Source: Desulfatiglandales bacterium (GTDB lineage: Bacteria; Desulfobacterota; DSM-4660; Desulfatiglandales; Desulfatiglandaceae). From it: a stretch of 64,000 nt of DNA. Below, one piece after another: positions 36,823 to 45,967 of the stretch. A program made the position numbers and the translations under genes. Where the stretch lies: assembly GCA_963662465.1 (NCBI GenBank), contig OY759599.1:3872001-3936000 (forward strand), read 5' to 3'. The notes under the pieces are model-generated. The model saw only the letters and a program-made list of their open reading frames with translations. It made no database searches and was not told the DNA's origin. The stretch's first letter is position 1. Every line of letters begins with the position of its first letter.

Positions 36823-36972
36823 GGTTTTGCAAAAAAACCTTCTGACGCTGATATCCCAAATGATTCTCTAGGATATTACGATGGCGACTATCAACTGGTT
36901 GCCAAACCGTAATGTTGGTTTTGCAAAAAAACCTTCTGACGCTGATATCCCAAATGATTCTCTAGGATATTA
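36823..36972. repeat. Perfect 56-bp direct repeat (36823-36878, 36917-36972)
   Basis: GGTTTTGCAAAAAAACCTTCTGACGCTGATATCCCAAATGATTCTCTAGGATATTA twice, with a 38-bp spacer. Confidence 0.9.
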
Positions 36973-37233
36973 TAAGATCAACGATTCTAGCGGTTCAATT
37001 AAGTCAACGACAGCGGTTCAATAAAAAACGCGTTAGATGAAGAACAATATGCTGTAACCGAGACGAAAAGCAGTTCAACCGAAGCAAGATGGGATGAGTT
37101 TATTATTGCAGACTCAGTCTATCTTGAAAATGGCTACTACATAAGAGCGTCGGATATTTCAAAAGATATAAATATTGACGCAATAAGGTTCAAATATTTA
37201 CACGATTAGATAGTAGTAACGGAAATCGAGTCA

Positions 37234-37414
37234 GCTTGAATTAATCGGCTCATTGTGGATTCGCGTGAGATTTGGCTTCTGAGCCGATTGTAGGTGCGAC
37301 TTTAGTCGCACATTAAGCCTACCCTGTGCGACTAAAGTCGCACCTACAGCCCGAGCCGAAACAATCTCAAAGCGCGATTTCACGTTAATCCGCGATGAAC
37401 CAATTAATCGAAGT
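37234..37414. repeat. Nested palindrome: perfect 24-bp REP doublet inside an imperfect 45-bp inverted repeat
   Basis: TGTAGGTGCGACTTTAGTCGCACA (37289-37312) with exact revcomp at 37325-37348. Outer arms 37234-37278 and 37370-37414 match 32/45. Confidence 0.85.
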
Positions 37415-37449
37415 ACGCAAAAATCGGGTGAACCAAAAAGACATAACGA

Positions 37450-37660
37450 CAGGGGTGGAGAGGGATTTCCTCGATCGCTTGGCAAAAATCTTGCCCGAGA
37501 CTCAACGGCCTGGAACAAGGGTACGGTTTGGGTCGAATTGCCGAAGAGGTCGCCGAAATCCATGGCGTGGAAATGCGCGAAATAATATCGAGAGGAACGC
37601 AGCCTCGAAAAGTGAAGGCAGGGCGTTTATCCTGCTTTTGGGGCGTCAGCGAGTTGCACA
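37450..37660 (+). pseudogene. Internally deleted Y1 (RAYT/IS200-like) transposase remnant
   Basis: GVER-DFLDRLAKILPETQ (N-terminal piece) is joined to GRIAEEVAEIHGVEMREIISRGTQPRKVKAGRLSCFWGVSEL (DnaA-C-like HTH piece). Confidence 0.55.
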
Positions 37661-37666
37661 CGTCAA

Positions 37667-38098
37667 TCACGGGTAAAAACCTTCACGCAGGATATCATCT
37701 GTGGCGTATGTGCATTCCGGAGGAAAGGAATCACGAATCAGCCCTGTTTCCAACATGGCGAGACGTTTTGCTTTTGGGTATGCCGCGTTAACAAAGGCTT
37801 CCAATTCGCGCTTCAAGGACGGACTGTCCTCCAGTAGTTCCGATATCTGAAAACGCTGGGTCTCAATGGTGGCCTTCCAACTGTTCGATTGCCGCTCCGC
37901 TTGTATTTGCCATTTCAATAAATGCATGATCAGGATCACAAGCCTGCTTTTCAGTTCCCGACGTTCATGCTTTCCCATGGACTCAATCTCCTCGATCAGA
38001 TTGTTGATATCAACCTCTGAAAGCCGCCCGGATTTCAGCAACGTTGCCTGTTCCTGGGTCCATGCATGGAAATCCGTATTGTATAACACCTCCATCAT
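37667..38098 (-). CDS. DUF29 family protein
   Basis: LYNTDFHAWTQEQATLL, NLIEEIESMG, HLLKW..Q...SNSW, SPSLK, FPPEC. Confidence 0.9.
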   Translation of the reverse strand: MMEVLYNTDFHAWTQEQATLLKSGRLSEVDINNLIEEIESMGKHERRELKSRLVILIMHLLKWQIQAERQSNSWKATIETQRFQISELLEDSPSLKRELEAFVNAAYPKAKRLAMLETGLIRDSFPPECTYATDDILREGFYP

Positions 38099-38367
38099 AC
38101 ACACCTCCTTAGCCTTGCTCTAATTTTCATAATGGCGAAATCATACCATAGTTCAGAAGAATTTCCACCAAAATTGAAGATGGCAGTCTGTTGCGGAGAT
38201 CTCTGTGGATAGAGACATCTTTAAGAAAATGCTCCAGAATCTGATCCTTGATTGTTTCTAACAAATTGGATATAGTTTCCTGGTTGATCAAACGGTATAT
38301 TTCGGAATACAGCCGTTGCCCGAATGCCATAGCCGCCTCTTTGTTCAAGCGGAAGAAGGATCAAATC

Positions 38368-38661
38368 ATGATCGACTTCGAATGGGACCTTGATAAGGCT
38401 GAAAAGAACGTTCTCAAGCATGGTGTTGCCTTCAGTGAGGCCGCGTCCGTTTTTAAGGACGAACTCAGCATTACCATTTATGACCCTGATCACTCCGAGG
38501 AGGAAGATCGATATATCACCATTGGGAACTCGGTCACGGGTCGATCCTTAATGATTGCCCACACGGATAGGGGTGATCGAACCCGGATCATCAGTGCGCG
38601 GGGACTTACCCGAAAGGAGCGTGAAGCGTATGAAAAAGAACTCCAAAGAAGAAACCGCTGA
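38368..38661 (+). CDS. BrnT-family toxin
   Basis: FEWDLDKAEKNVLKHGVAFSEAASVF...HSEEEDRY...RIISAR. Confidence 0.9.
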   Translation: MIDFEWDLDKAEKNVLKHGVAFSEAASVFKDELSITIYDPDHSEEEDRYITIGNSVTGRSLMIAHTDRGDRTRIISARGLTRKEREAYEKELQRRNR

Positions 38662-38860
38662 CGACCTTCGTCCTGAATACGATCTCGCCACCCTGCTTAA
38701 GAAAGGTGTACGCGGGAAATATGCCAAGCGTTACAAGAATGCGACGAACCTGATATTATTAGCGCCTGACGTCGCCAAGGTCTTTCCGACGGACGAAGCC
38801 GTGAATGAAGCGCTTCGGTTGGTTATCCAATTAAAAAGAATTCCCGAAGGTGGGAAATAA
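38630..38860 (+). CDS. BrnA-like antitoxin
   Basis: Overlaps the toxin 3' end; DDLRPEYD...GVRGKYAKRY...LAPDVAKVFP..EAVNEALR. Confidence 0.85.
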   Translation: MKKNSKEETADDLRPEYDLATLLKKGVRGKYAKRYKNATNLILLAPDVAKVFPTDEAVNEALRLVIQLKRIPEGGK

Positions 38861-38978
38861 AGGATAGTCGGCGCATAAGAAAAGGCATTCGCCCGCTATG
38901 TTCAGTGCCATTCGACCCTCTTATTTCGGCTTATGGTTAATGCTTTTGCAACGAAACTCATAATCCCCTAATCTTAGG

Positions 38979-39737
38979 GTGGAGGTCTTAAGCGTGTATT
39001 ATTATCTGCGGGATCTTTCGGTTACCCTGATCCTGTGGTGTTATTACACCCTGGGTTTTGTTCTTTTTTTTGCACCGTTTTATCTTTTTGCTTACTGTTT
39101 TACGCCAAAACGGCAAGATGCCTTTCAAAAACTCAACCATATCTTCTACAAAGGGTTTTTCGGTCTCATAAAGGCGTTGATTCCCTCCTGTGGATGGCAA
39201 ATCCCCAAGGCGGTGCGAGAAATTCGATCTTCGGTGATCGTATGCAATCACCGGTCCTATATTGACCCCATTTTACTGATTTCCATTTATGCGCGCCATA
39301 CCACCATTGCCAAGGCCCGCCTGTTCAGCATTCCGGTTTTCGGGAAAATGCTGGCCCTGTCAGGATACTTACCGTCCACGGCCAGGGGCCGTTTTGCGGA
39401 TTTGATGGTGGACTGCATGGCAAATATGGACGGCTTCCTTGCTTCGGGCGGCAACGTGTTTATCTTTCCCGAAGGCACGCGCAGTCGGGATGGCCGTATC
39501 GGCAGTTTGAACAAAGGGGCCTTTAAGCTTGCTAAAATATGCAAAGCACCCATAAAGGTTCTCTTTATTGAGAATACGGACAAACTGTTGACGCCGGGGA
39601 AGTTTCTGTTTAACGCCCACCGTCCCAATACCATTGCCGTGTCGCTGGTTGGGGAATTAAATCCGGATTACCGGTCCCATCAGTTTTCAATCAACGGTTT
39701 AATGGCCGAGGTTCAATCTCTCTTGGAGAAAACATGA
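38979..39737 (+). CDS. Lysophospholipid acyltransferase (PlsC-like)
   Basis: NHRSYID (HX4D), FPEGTRS, KGAF. Confidence 0.88.
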   Translation: MEVLSVYYYLRDLSVTLILWCYYTLGFVLFFAPFYLFAYCFTPKRQDAFQKLNHIFYKGFFGLIKALIPSCGWQIPKAVREIRSSVIVCNHRSYIDPILLISIYARHTTIAKARLFSIPVFGKMLALSGYLPSTARGRFADLMVDCMANMDGFLASGGNVFIFPEGTRSRDGRIGSLNKGAFKLAKICKAPIKVLFIENTDKLLTPGKFLFNAHRPNTIAVSLVGELNPDYRSHQFSINGLMAEVQSLLEKT

Positions 39738-41224
39738 AAATTGTACTGCTTTCCATGCCCGATGTGGCGCCGGTCATCATGCACGAATCAGCCTTCCATA
39801 TGCCGAACCTTGGAATTGCCGGCATCGGCGCCAATGTTGACGAAAAAAATGAGGTTTATATTGTCGACCTGATCCGCAAACGGCGACATGTTCGGCGCTA
39901 CCTGACCCGGGTTTTGTTGAAAATCAAACCCGACCTGGTGGGACTTTCGGCCATGACCTGGCAGTACGACACCTGCGTGAAGCTGGCGAAGCTCATCAAA
40001 ACATTGCTCCCCGACGTAAAGGTGGCGGTGGGCGGTTATCATGCAACCCTCATGTCCGAAGAAATTGCCGAGGGCAGAGAGGCTCAGTGGATTGACTTCC
40101 TGATTCGCGGAGAAGGTGAAGAGGCCTTTAAGCGCCTGGTCCGGGCCCTGGAGGGAGATGACCGGATTGAGGCCATCCCCTCTTTGTCTTATAACATTGG
40201 CGGAAAATTTGTTCACAACCCCAAAGGTGAGCTTCTGGACCTCTCCCGTTTGAAGCTTCCCATTCGGGACAAGCGGCGCTTGACCTGGGGCTACCATATC
40301 ATGAATCACAAGGTCGAAGTCATGGAGACCTCCAGGGGGTGTACCGGAAACTGCAATTTCTGCAGTATTCGGCATATGTATGGCCGTTCCTTCAGACCTT
40401 TTCCCGTGGAACGGGTGATAGCGGATGTGGATGATATTTATTTCAAACGAAAGGCCCGATGGATATTCGTGTCCGACGATAACTTCGTACTGGATCCCAA
40501 ACGGGTCATAAACCTTTGCGATGCCATTATCGCCAGGCGGTATCGGAATCTGTATTTTGTGGTTCAGGCGGACTGTGTGACCATGGCCCGAAACGAGGAA
40601 ATGGTTCGGAAAATGGCCCTTGCAGGGTTTAAATCCGTTTTTCTGGGAATGGAAAGCGCCTCCAGGAAAAATCTGAAAGCCGCACGCAAAGGGGATATTC
40701 TGGATGCCTCCCGCAGGGCTGTCCGCAACTGCCACAAGCACGGCATCATGGTGGTGGGGGGCATGATCTTCGGCTTTCCCGATGACGGAGAACCGGAGAT
40801 TATCGAAAACTACCGTTTTCTGAAATCAACGGGGGCCGATACGGCCTATTGTCAGATTCTGACCCCCTATCCCAAAACGGAGATCCGGCAGGATCTGCTA
40901 GATCAGGGGTTGGTGACAAACGCTTTGGATTATACCCGTTACAACGGCATGTGGGCCAACGTGAAAACCCGGAAACTGACTGCCGAGACCCTTCAATATC
41001 TCTTCTGGCGCCACGAGCAAACCGTCATGGGGTGGTGGGACCCATCGGACAGGTTGCGAGAGCAGGGTCGGTTTTGGACGGGGATCTGGATTCATTTTCT
41101 CAAACCCCTGATGAAGGTGGTGGTTCTCCGTTCCCAGAAGAAATATGGATGGGAAGGGCGTTTTCAAAGAGAAATGGATCATTTGGCAACCGTGAACCGT
41201 TTCAGGGACCTTGAGGGATTGTAA
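39734..41224 (+). CDS. Cobalamin-binding radical SAM protein
   Basis: B12 domain (PDLVGLSAMT, GGYH, RGEGE); SRGCTGNCNFC; DDNF; LGMES; LTPYPKT. Confidence 0.9.
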   Translation: MKIVLLSMPDVAPVIMHESAFHMPNLGIAGIGANVDEKNEVYIVDLIRKRRHVRRYLTRVLLKIKPDLVGLSAMTWQYDTCVKLAKLIKTLLPDVKVAVGGYHATLMSEEIAEGREAQWIDFLIRGEGEEAFKRLVRALEGDDRIEAIPSLSYNIGGKFVHNPKGELLDLSRLKLPIRDKRRLTWGYHIMNHKVEVMETSRGCTGNCNFCSIRHMYGRSFRPFPVERVIADVDDIYFKRKARWIFVSDDNFVLDPKRVINLCDAIIARRYRNLYFVVQADCVTMARNEEMVRKMALAGFKSVFLGMESASRKNLKAARKGDILDASRRAVRNCHKHGIMVVGGMIFGFPDDGEPEIIENYRFLKSTGADTAYCQILTPYPKTEIRQDLLDQGLVTNALDYTRYNGMWANVKTRKLTAETLQYLFWRHEQTVMGWWDPSDRLREQGRFWTGIWIHFLKPLMKVVVLRSQKKYGWEGRFQREMDHLATVNRFRDLEGL

Positions 41225-42042
41225 TGCAACAGGATTATTATAAGATACTGCGGGTGGAAACATCCGCAAGCCAGCAGCAGATTAAAGAGTCCTACCGAAA
41301 ACTGGCATTTGAATACCATCCGGACCGGAACAAAGATGATGCGGCGGCAGCACAAATGAAAGCCATCAATGAATCCTACGCCGCACTCTCCGATCCTCAA
41401 AAAAGGAGCCGTTACGATGCGCTGCGGCAGGCATATGGCGATTCCGCCCATGATCGTTTTAAGCAAACCTATTCCGAGCAGGATATCTTCAAAGGAAGCG
41501 ATATTCAGCAGATATTCGAGGAATTCAGCCGTGCCTTTGGGCTCAGGGGATTCGACGAAATCTTCAAAGACTCCTACGGGTCCGGATACCGCAGTTTTGA
41601 ATTCAGGAGGCCCAACGCTTTTGGCAGGGTTTTCGTGGGAACGCAAGGCCGAAGAGGAAACGGTTTGACTTCCGGGCCTCCCCTGGGCGGCCAACTGGGG
41701 CGGTTGATCAAGTACGGACTGAAGAAAAAGTGGGGTATTGAATTGCCTGAGAGAGGAAAAGATCTTCGAGACGTTATTGCGGTGTCTTCCGAAATGATGC
41801 AGTCAGGCGGAAAAATCAACTATTCCTGCCGGATAAACCACAAGGAACTGCTGGTCGCCATTCCCCCCGGCATGAGGGCTGGACAGAAGATCCGATTGAA
41901 GGGAATGGGCGAACCGGGAAAAGGGGGTTCTGAGTCAGGGGATCTCTATGTGGAAGTGCAGGCAAAAAATCCGCTGTTTCAAAAAATCGGTGATTCCGCC
42001 AGAGGAATCCTGTCATCTCTGAAAAAACTGGGTCGTTCCTGA
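41224..42042 (+). CDS. DnaJ-domain protein (J domain plus partial C-terminal domain)
   Basis: DYYKIL...YRKLAFEYHPDRN; IPPGMRAGQKIRLKGMG...GDLYV. Confidence 0.88.
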   Translation: MQQDYYKILRVETSASQQQIKESYRKLAFEYHPDRNKDDAAAAQMKAINESYAALSDPQKRSRYDALRQAYGDSAHDRFKQTYSEQDIFKGSDIQQIFEEFSRAFGLRGFDEIFKDSYGSGYRSFEFRRPNAFGRVFVGTQGRRGNGLTSGPPLGGQLGRLIKYGLKKKWGIELPERGKDLRDVIAVSSEMMQSGGKINYSCRINHKELLVAIPPGMRAGQKIRLKGMGEPGKGGSESGDLYVEVQAKNPLFQKIGDSARGILSSLKKLGRS

Positions 42043-42097
42043 CAGCGACGCCGGCCTCCCCGGTTACGGATATCCCTTCCGCTTTTGTCTCATCGGA

Positions 42098-42823
42098 TTA
42101 CGAAAGGTACGGCCCCCACTGCTCGGCGGTTTGCCGGATATAACCTGCCGGAAGATTCGCCGCGATGCGATTGTGCCCGGGTAGAAGGATATCCACTTCA
42201 AGGCCCGCCAGTTTGAGAAGCGATTCCTTGAGTTGGGCGCCGCTGGCCCCATGAAGGTCAAACCGACCAATGGCATGATCAGCGTATATCGTATCCCCGG
42301 GGATCAGTATTTTGCCCTGGCGATGGTAAAGGGCGATACTGCCGGAGGAATGCCCCGGGATATGCAACACCTCCCATGTTGACCCACCGATTTCAAGGGT
42401 TTCACCACCCATCAGCTTTCGGTCAACGGGGAAACAAAAGTCGCCAGGTTTGATGCCGTATTGGGCCTGGCACATGCTCTCAAACATGTCCATGCCGTAA
42501 ACCGCCTTTTCGTCCCCTCGTTCCAGAGGGTCTGCTTCGTTTTGGTGTATCCACAACGCCGCATGGGGTATGGCCTCGCGAATTTCACCCAGGCACCCGA
42601 TGTGATCCAGATGAGTATGGGTCATGATAACCCGCTTAATGTGTAAAAGAGAAACACCTGCTTCTTGGATGGATTCAATTTTATAGCGCCCCTTTCCCAT
42701 TAATCCCGCATCGATGAGACTCAAATCCTCGGAATCGGGGGCGCCAATCAAGTATACATGGGAATCCGGGATCATTTCGTCCTGCCCCGGAATAAAAAAG
42801 ACATCCTTTGTAATCTGTTTCAT
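42098..42823 (-). CDS. MBL-fold metallo-hydrolase
   Basis: THTHLDHIG, PGHSSGS, GDTI, LPGH. Confidence 0.88.
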   Translation of the reverse strand: MKQITKDVFFIPGQDEMIPDSHVYLIGAPDSEDLSLIDAGLMGKGRYKIESIQEAGVSLLHIKRVIMTHTHLDHIGCLGEIREAIPHAALWIHQNEADPLERGDEKAVYGMDMFESMCQAQYGIKPGDFCFPVDRKLMGGETLEIGGSTWEVLHIPGHSSGSIALYHRQGKILIPGDTIYADHAIGRFDLHGASGAQLKESLLKLAGLEVDILLPGHNRIAANLPAGYIRQTAEQWGPYLS

Positions 42824-43013
42824 ACGGTTCTCCTCATTAAAAAATTTGCTCTACCATACCTGAAGAGGCGCCTGTTTTCAAGAAATCTTGTCGGCGCATC
42901 CCGGTTGACTGTGCCGGCGCCGCGCCGTTGTCCCTGCGGTCCTTTTTGCATTATTCAGATTTCAGGCGTTACTTTGTCTTAGAGGACTTTCTTCAACGGG
43001 TTTAAGGAAGAGG

Positions 43014-43277
43014 CTACAGAAGCTTAACCAGGGTGGCAACAATAGCAGCCTGGGCAACCAGCATACCGGCAACCCATTTGATGATTTCAGACTTTACATT
43101 TGCGATTTCTTTTTCAAGCCGAACAATATCACTTTTTGTTGCAACCGTAGTGTCAAGAATGCCAGATAAAGATTCTTTTTGCGCTTCCGATAAAGCTTCA
43201 GCCTGTTTTTCATTGAAACCAGCGGCTTTGAGTTTTTTGGTGTAGGCCAGGGTGTCAAATGTGATGATGGTTCCCAT
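43014..43277 (-). CDS. DUF1640/CCDC90-like small coiled-coil protein
   Basis: TFDTLAYTKKLKAAGFNEKQAEAL...ATKSDI...IIKWVAGML..Q. Confidence 0.8.
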   Translation of the reverse strand: MGTIITFDTLAYTKKLKAAGFNEKQAEALSEAQKESLSGILDTTVATKSDIVRLEKEIANVKSEIIKWVAGMLVAQAAIVATLVKLL

Positions 43278-43440
43278 GATGATGAACCCCTTTCTTGAAA
43301 TACATATGGCGGATTTTACCATGGAAAACGAACATCGACAACTTTTTATTGACAGGGGTGTACGTTTACGAAAGATTCAGGGGTAAAACATGCACAGGAT
43401 AGGAAAACGCTACCGAAAGGCGCCACAAAAGCAGAAAAAT

Positions 43441-43480
43441 AAAAAGGGGTTACGCCTTATAACGTAACCCCTTGATTTTT
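43441..43480 (-). terminator. Terminator downstream of the tRNA pair
   Basis: Stem AAGGGGTTACG/CGTAACCCCTT flanked by A and T tracts. Confidence 0.75.
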
Positions 43481-43483
43481 TTT

Positions 43484-43559
43484 TGGAGGCGGCAACCAGA
43501 TTCGAACTGGTGAATAACGGTTTTGCAGACCGCTGCCTTAGCCACTTGGCTATGCCGCC
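43484..43559 (-). tRNA. tRNA-Cys(GCA)
   Basis: GGCGGCA acceptor stem, anticodon loop CTGCAAA, TTCGAAT T-loop, CCA end. Confidence 0.97.
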
Positions 43560-43565
43560 TTTTTA

Positions 43566-43640
43566 TGGAGCGGGAAACGGGACTTGAACCCGCGACAATC
43601 ACGTTGGCAACGTGAGGCTCTACCACTGAGCTATTCCCGC
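43566..43640 (-). tRNA. tRNA-Gly(GCC)
   Basis: GCGGGAA acceptor stem, anticodon loop TTGCCAA, TTCAAGT T-loop, CCA end. Confidence 0.97.
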
Positions 43641-43651
43641 AAAGTCAGGCT

Positions 43652-43802
43652 ATTCTACAGAACCAAGCTGCTTTGTCAACAAAAAACGCTACGACGCCAC
43701 AAGGATTTTCTGTTCGTTCAACACCCTGCTAATCCAGCGTCACTATGGAAGATGACGCCAAGACATAACTAGTTATTATATTCAGACAGCTTGGTTTGTC
43801 AA
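43652..43802 (-). promoter_or_regulatory. Tandem sigma-70 promoters of the tRNA operon
   Basis: TTGACA-16-TAGAAT (43679-43652) and TTGACA-16-TATAAT (43802-43775). Confidence 0.8.
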
Positions 43803-43863
43803 CAAAAAAAAGAGCAAAAAATATTTTTTCGACCCAGTCAAAATTTCAAAAAATACAATCTCT

Positions 43864-44469
43864 TCAATTAGCGGCTGTCTTGTAAGATTGATAGTAACGC
43901 ATCACCCTTTCAACAAACGCACGGGTCTCAGGAAAGGGAGGAACCCCCTTGTAGGTGTTCACAGTTTCAGGGCCGGCATTATAGGCCGCTAGAGCCAGGC
44001 GCTTATTGTTATTGAAACGCTTGAGCAACAAACTGAAATAACGGGTACCACCCACGATATTTTCTTCAGGATCAAGGGGATCAGAAACCGCCATGTCATC
44101 CGCCGTCCCAGGCATCAACTGCATCAGACCTTTAGCTCCCTTACATGAAACCGCTTTATGATCAAAACCTGATTCGGCCCTGATAATCGCCTTGATAAAA
44201 TGGAAATCGATTCCAAAGCGATCCGATGCTTTTTTTACGATATCACTGTACTCAATCAAATATTCAGATGGGGTTTTGTTGGCGGAACGGATATAAAGGC
44301 GATAACGGCTGTCGGTTTTACGGTTTGTGAAATGCCAGACCCCATTTCTGTCCACATACCGAAAAATCTCCGCCAACACCTGCCCATGACAACACACGGA
44401 AAGGATCAGTAAAACTGCGCCCCCCCAGAGACATTTTTTGATATTTTTTTTCAGCTCAATTTTTTCCAA
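43864..44469 (-). CDS. Lytic transglycosylase (SLT) with DUF4124-like N-terminus
   Basis: [44 protein letters not shown]. Confidence 0.9.
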   Translation of the reverse strand: MEKIELKKNIKKCLWGGAVLLILSVCCHGQVLAEIFRYVDRNGVWHFTNRKTDSRYRLYIRSANKTPSEYLIEYSDIVKKASDRFGIDFHFIKAIIRAESGFDHKAVSCKGAKGLMQLMPGTADDMAVSDPLDPEENIVGGTRYFSLLLKRFNNNKRLALAAYNAGPETVNTYKGVPPFPETRAFVERVMRYYQSYKTAAN

Positions 44470-45092
44470 TCCGCTAAAAATTTCTCCAAACCGATATCGG
44501 TCAAGGGGTGCTTAATCAACTGCCGGATGACTTTCAGTGGAATCGTCGCGATGTCAGCGCCCATCAGGGCAGCATCCAGAACATGGGTCGGATTTCGCAC
44601 GCTGGCCACGATGATCTCCGTCTCATAAGCATAGTTTTCATAGATGGCGGCGATTTGTTCCACCAGATCCATCCCCACGAAACTGATGTCGTCAAGTCGT
44701 CCTACAAAAGGACTGATATAGGAAGCCCCCACCTTTGCGGCCATTAACGCCTGAACCGGTGAAAAGCACAGGGTCACATTGGTTTTGATCCCTTTTTCGG
44801 TCAGCACTTTAACGGCCTTAAGGCCCTCTTCAATGAGCGGAATCTTAACAACGATATTGCTTGCCATATCCGCCAGATCCTGAGCCTCCTCAACCATTTT
44901 CCCTGCCTCGAGGCTAACCACCTCGACGCTGACAGGACCGGAAACAATACCGCAGATTTCCTTAATCAGTCCTTTAAATTCCTTTCCCTCTTTGGCCACC
45001 AGGCTGGGATTGGTCGTAACACCATCCACCATGCCTAGATCAATTGCTTCTTTGATCTCATCAACATTTGCCGTATCAATAAAAAACTTCAT
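44451..45092 (-). CDS. fsa: Transaldolase / fructose-6-phosphate aldolase family
   Basis: [33 protein letters not shown]. Confidence 0.92.
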   Translation of the reverse strand: MKFFIDTANVDEIKEAIDLGMVDGVTTNPSLVAKEGKEFKGLIKEICGIVSGPVSVEVVSLEAGKMVEEAQDLADMASNIVVKIPLIEEGLKAVKVLTEKGIKTNVTLCFSPVQALMAAKVGASYISPFVGRLDDISFVGMDLVEQIAAIYENYAYETEIIVASVRNPTHVLDAALMGADIATIPLKVIRQLIKHPLTDIGLEKFLADWKKLS

Positions 45093-45204
45093 ACATATCT
45101 CCTACTCCGGTTAAACCGGCATCCCAAAGACGCCTGGATTTACAAACTCATAATCAATCAATAAAAATCCTTTATTCTCCAAAGTTTTCTATACCATAAA
45201 ACGC

Positions 45205-45447
45205 TCATCTTTTGCGTTTAAATTCGTCAACACACGCCTGGCTGCAAAAAAAATATGTTTCACCGTTTACAGTCTTTCTGATGGCGGTGCTTCTGGGGAT
45301 ATAGGTCAGGCAATTCGGATCCTGAACCATTGGTTCCACAGGCCCCGCATCGGCATTTTCGTAGCGTCTGCCGCCTGAAAAAAGAGATTTTCGCACAAAA
45401 CGGAAAACAAAATAAGCCAGAAGACCCAATATCAGAAATTTTAACAT
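45205..45447 (-). CDS. YHS-domain small protein
   Basis: TM helix then MVQDPNC..YIP...YFFCSQAC. Confidence 0.8.
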   Translation of the reverse strand: MLKFLILGLLAYFVFRFVRKSLFSGGRRYENADAGPVEPMVQDPNCLTYIPRSTAIRKTVNGETYFFCSQACVDEFKRKR

Positions 45448-45954
45448 TCAGTGCGCCTCACAGAGAGCAACCGCCTGACCGTCCCCTGTAAGTTCCCCTG
45501 CCAGTTCCCGCATGGACTTACCCAGAACCGGGTGAATCAGATTTGGATCAATTTGCAACAAAGGCGCCAACACAAAACGCCTCAAATGCATCAATGGGTG
45601 AGGAACCATCAAATCCGGTTCTTCAATCACGTGGCAGCCAAACAGCAGAATATCCAGATCAATCACCCGGGCATCCCACTTTTTACGTCTCACCCTTCCC
45701 ATATCCGTTTCAATCTTCAGAAGGCATTTCAGCAAAGAACCGTGCGAAAGATCCGTCTCCATACGGATCACTGCGTTGATGAAAGTGTCCTGCCCTTCAA
45801 CCCCAACAGGCTCAGTCCTGTAAAAAGAAGACTGTGCCTTTACCGAACACCCTTCCAGTCGTTCCATCAAGGAAATGGCTTTTTCACAGTTAGCCATCTT
45901 ATTCCCAATATTTGAACCGATACCGATATACGCGCTTTCCATTGACTCCGACAT
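45448..45954 (-). CDS. folK: 2-amino-4-hydroxy-6-hydroxymethyldihydropteridine diphosphokinase
   Basis: YIGIGSNIG, RVIDLDILL, PHP.MH.RRFVL.PL. Confidence 0.95.
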   Translation of the reverse strand: MSESMESAYIGIGSNIGNKMANCEKAISLMERLEGCSVKAQSSFYRTEPVGVEGQDTFINAVIRMETDLSHGSLLKCLLKIETDMGRVRRKKWDARVIDLDILLFGCHVIEEPDLMVPHPLMHLRRFVLAPLLQIDPNLIHPVLGKSMRELAGELTGDGQAVALCEAH

Positions 45955-45967
45955 CACTTTTAAAGAA

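Larger units (their letters stand above)
36496..37210 (+). pseudogene. AT-rich secreted-protein gene disrupted by a MITE and internal duplications
   Basis: AGGAG-GTG start, signal-like FSLLFFSILLFSENAIA; interrupted at 36650. Coding-like frames resume (GFAKKPSDADIPNDSLGYY...; KNALDEEQY...DAIRFKYLHD*). Confidence 0.45.

Noticed and set aside
36823..36972. Mini-CRISPR (two repeats with a 38-bp spacer)
   Set aside because: Only two copies, 56 bp is too long, the repeat reads as coding sequence, and no cas genes are in the window.
38127..38348. 73-aa ORF between DUF29 and BrnT
   Set aside because: No clear RBS or motif; probably a gene fragment and cannot be supported as a feature.
43484..43640. 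tRNA-anchored genomic island
   Set aside because: I saw no duplicate of either tRNA 3' end and no adjacent integrase.
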